Below are positions 63,991-64,000 of a DNA stretch of 64,000 bases, piece by piece. Origin of the DNA: Takakia lepidozioides (taxonomy: Eukaryota; Plantae; Bryophyta); NCBI GenBank assembly GCA_030704615.1, contig CM060733.1:36766001-36830000 (forward strand), read 5' to 3'. Below the pieces are notes generated by a model, which was given only the letters and a program-made list of their open reading frames with translations, was not told the origin of the DNA and did not search any database. Numbering within the stretch: position 1 is the first letter of the stretch; every line of letters begins with the position of its first letter. A program made the position numbers and the translations under genes.

Positions 63991-64000
63991 TCGCTCTGGT

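Larger units (their letters stand above)
54517..64000. mobile_element. MULE-2: relative of MULE-1 (left end, cargo genes and palindrome array; transposase expected beyond window)
   Basis: Abrupt break in the gag of D. TIR GGGGGCTGCTATTTCATGAGC. Homologous ParB-MTase gene and palindrome family. Confidence 0.75.

Overview
Eukaryotic, transposon-dense DNA with no host genes or RNA genes. GT-AG introns and a tRNA-iMet PBS suggest an early-diverging land plant or streptophyte; the species cannot be determined. (1) MULE-1 is a large Mutator-like DNA transposon (<1-35270). It carries a DDE/SWIM transposase on +, a divergently transcribed intron-containing ParB/Srx-like + N6/N4-type DNA methyltransferase gene on -, and an array of 22-26 bp palindromes between them. 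(2) Two Ty3/gypsy elements sit inside that transposase, each with a 4-bp TSD: A (10929-22102, +) and B (22234-33387, -). B encodes a C5 cytosine methyltransferase and a PHD finger. Both have the same unusual split LTR layout, Y-internal-PPT-X-nn-Y-X, with a palindromic CA-nn-TG site, as expected if a 2-LTR circle had been integrated. (3) Rearranged copies of a third gypsy family follow (C on +, D on -). (4) MULE-2 (~54517->64000) is a diverged relative inserted in the gag of D. It has a related TIR, its own ParB-MTase gene, and a co-varied palindrome phased at 53 bp. Many frameshifts look like single-base indels and may be assembly errors.
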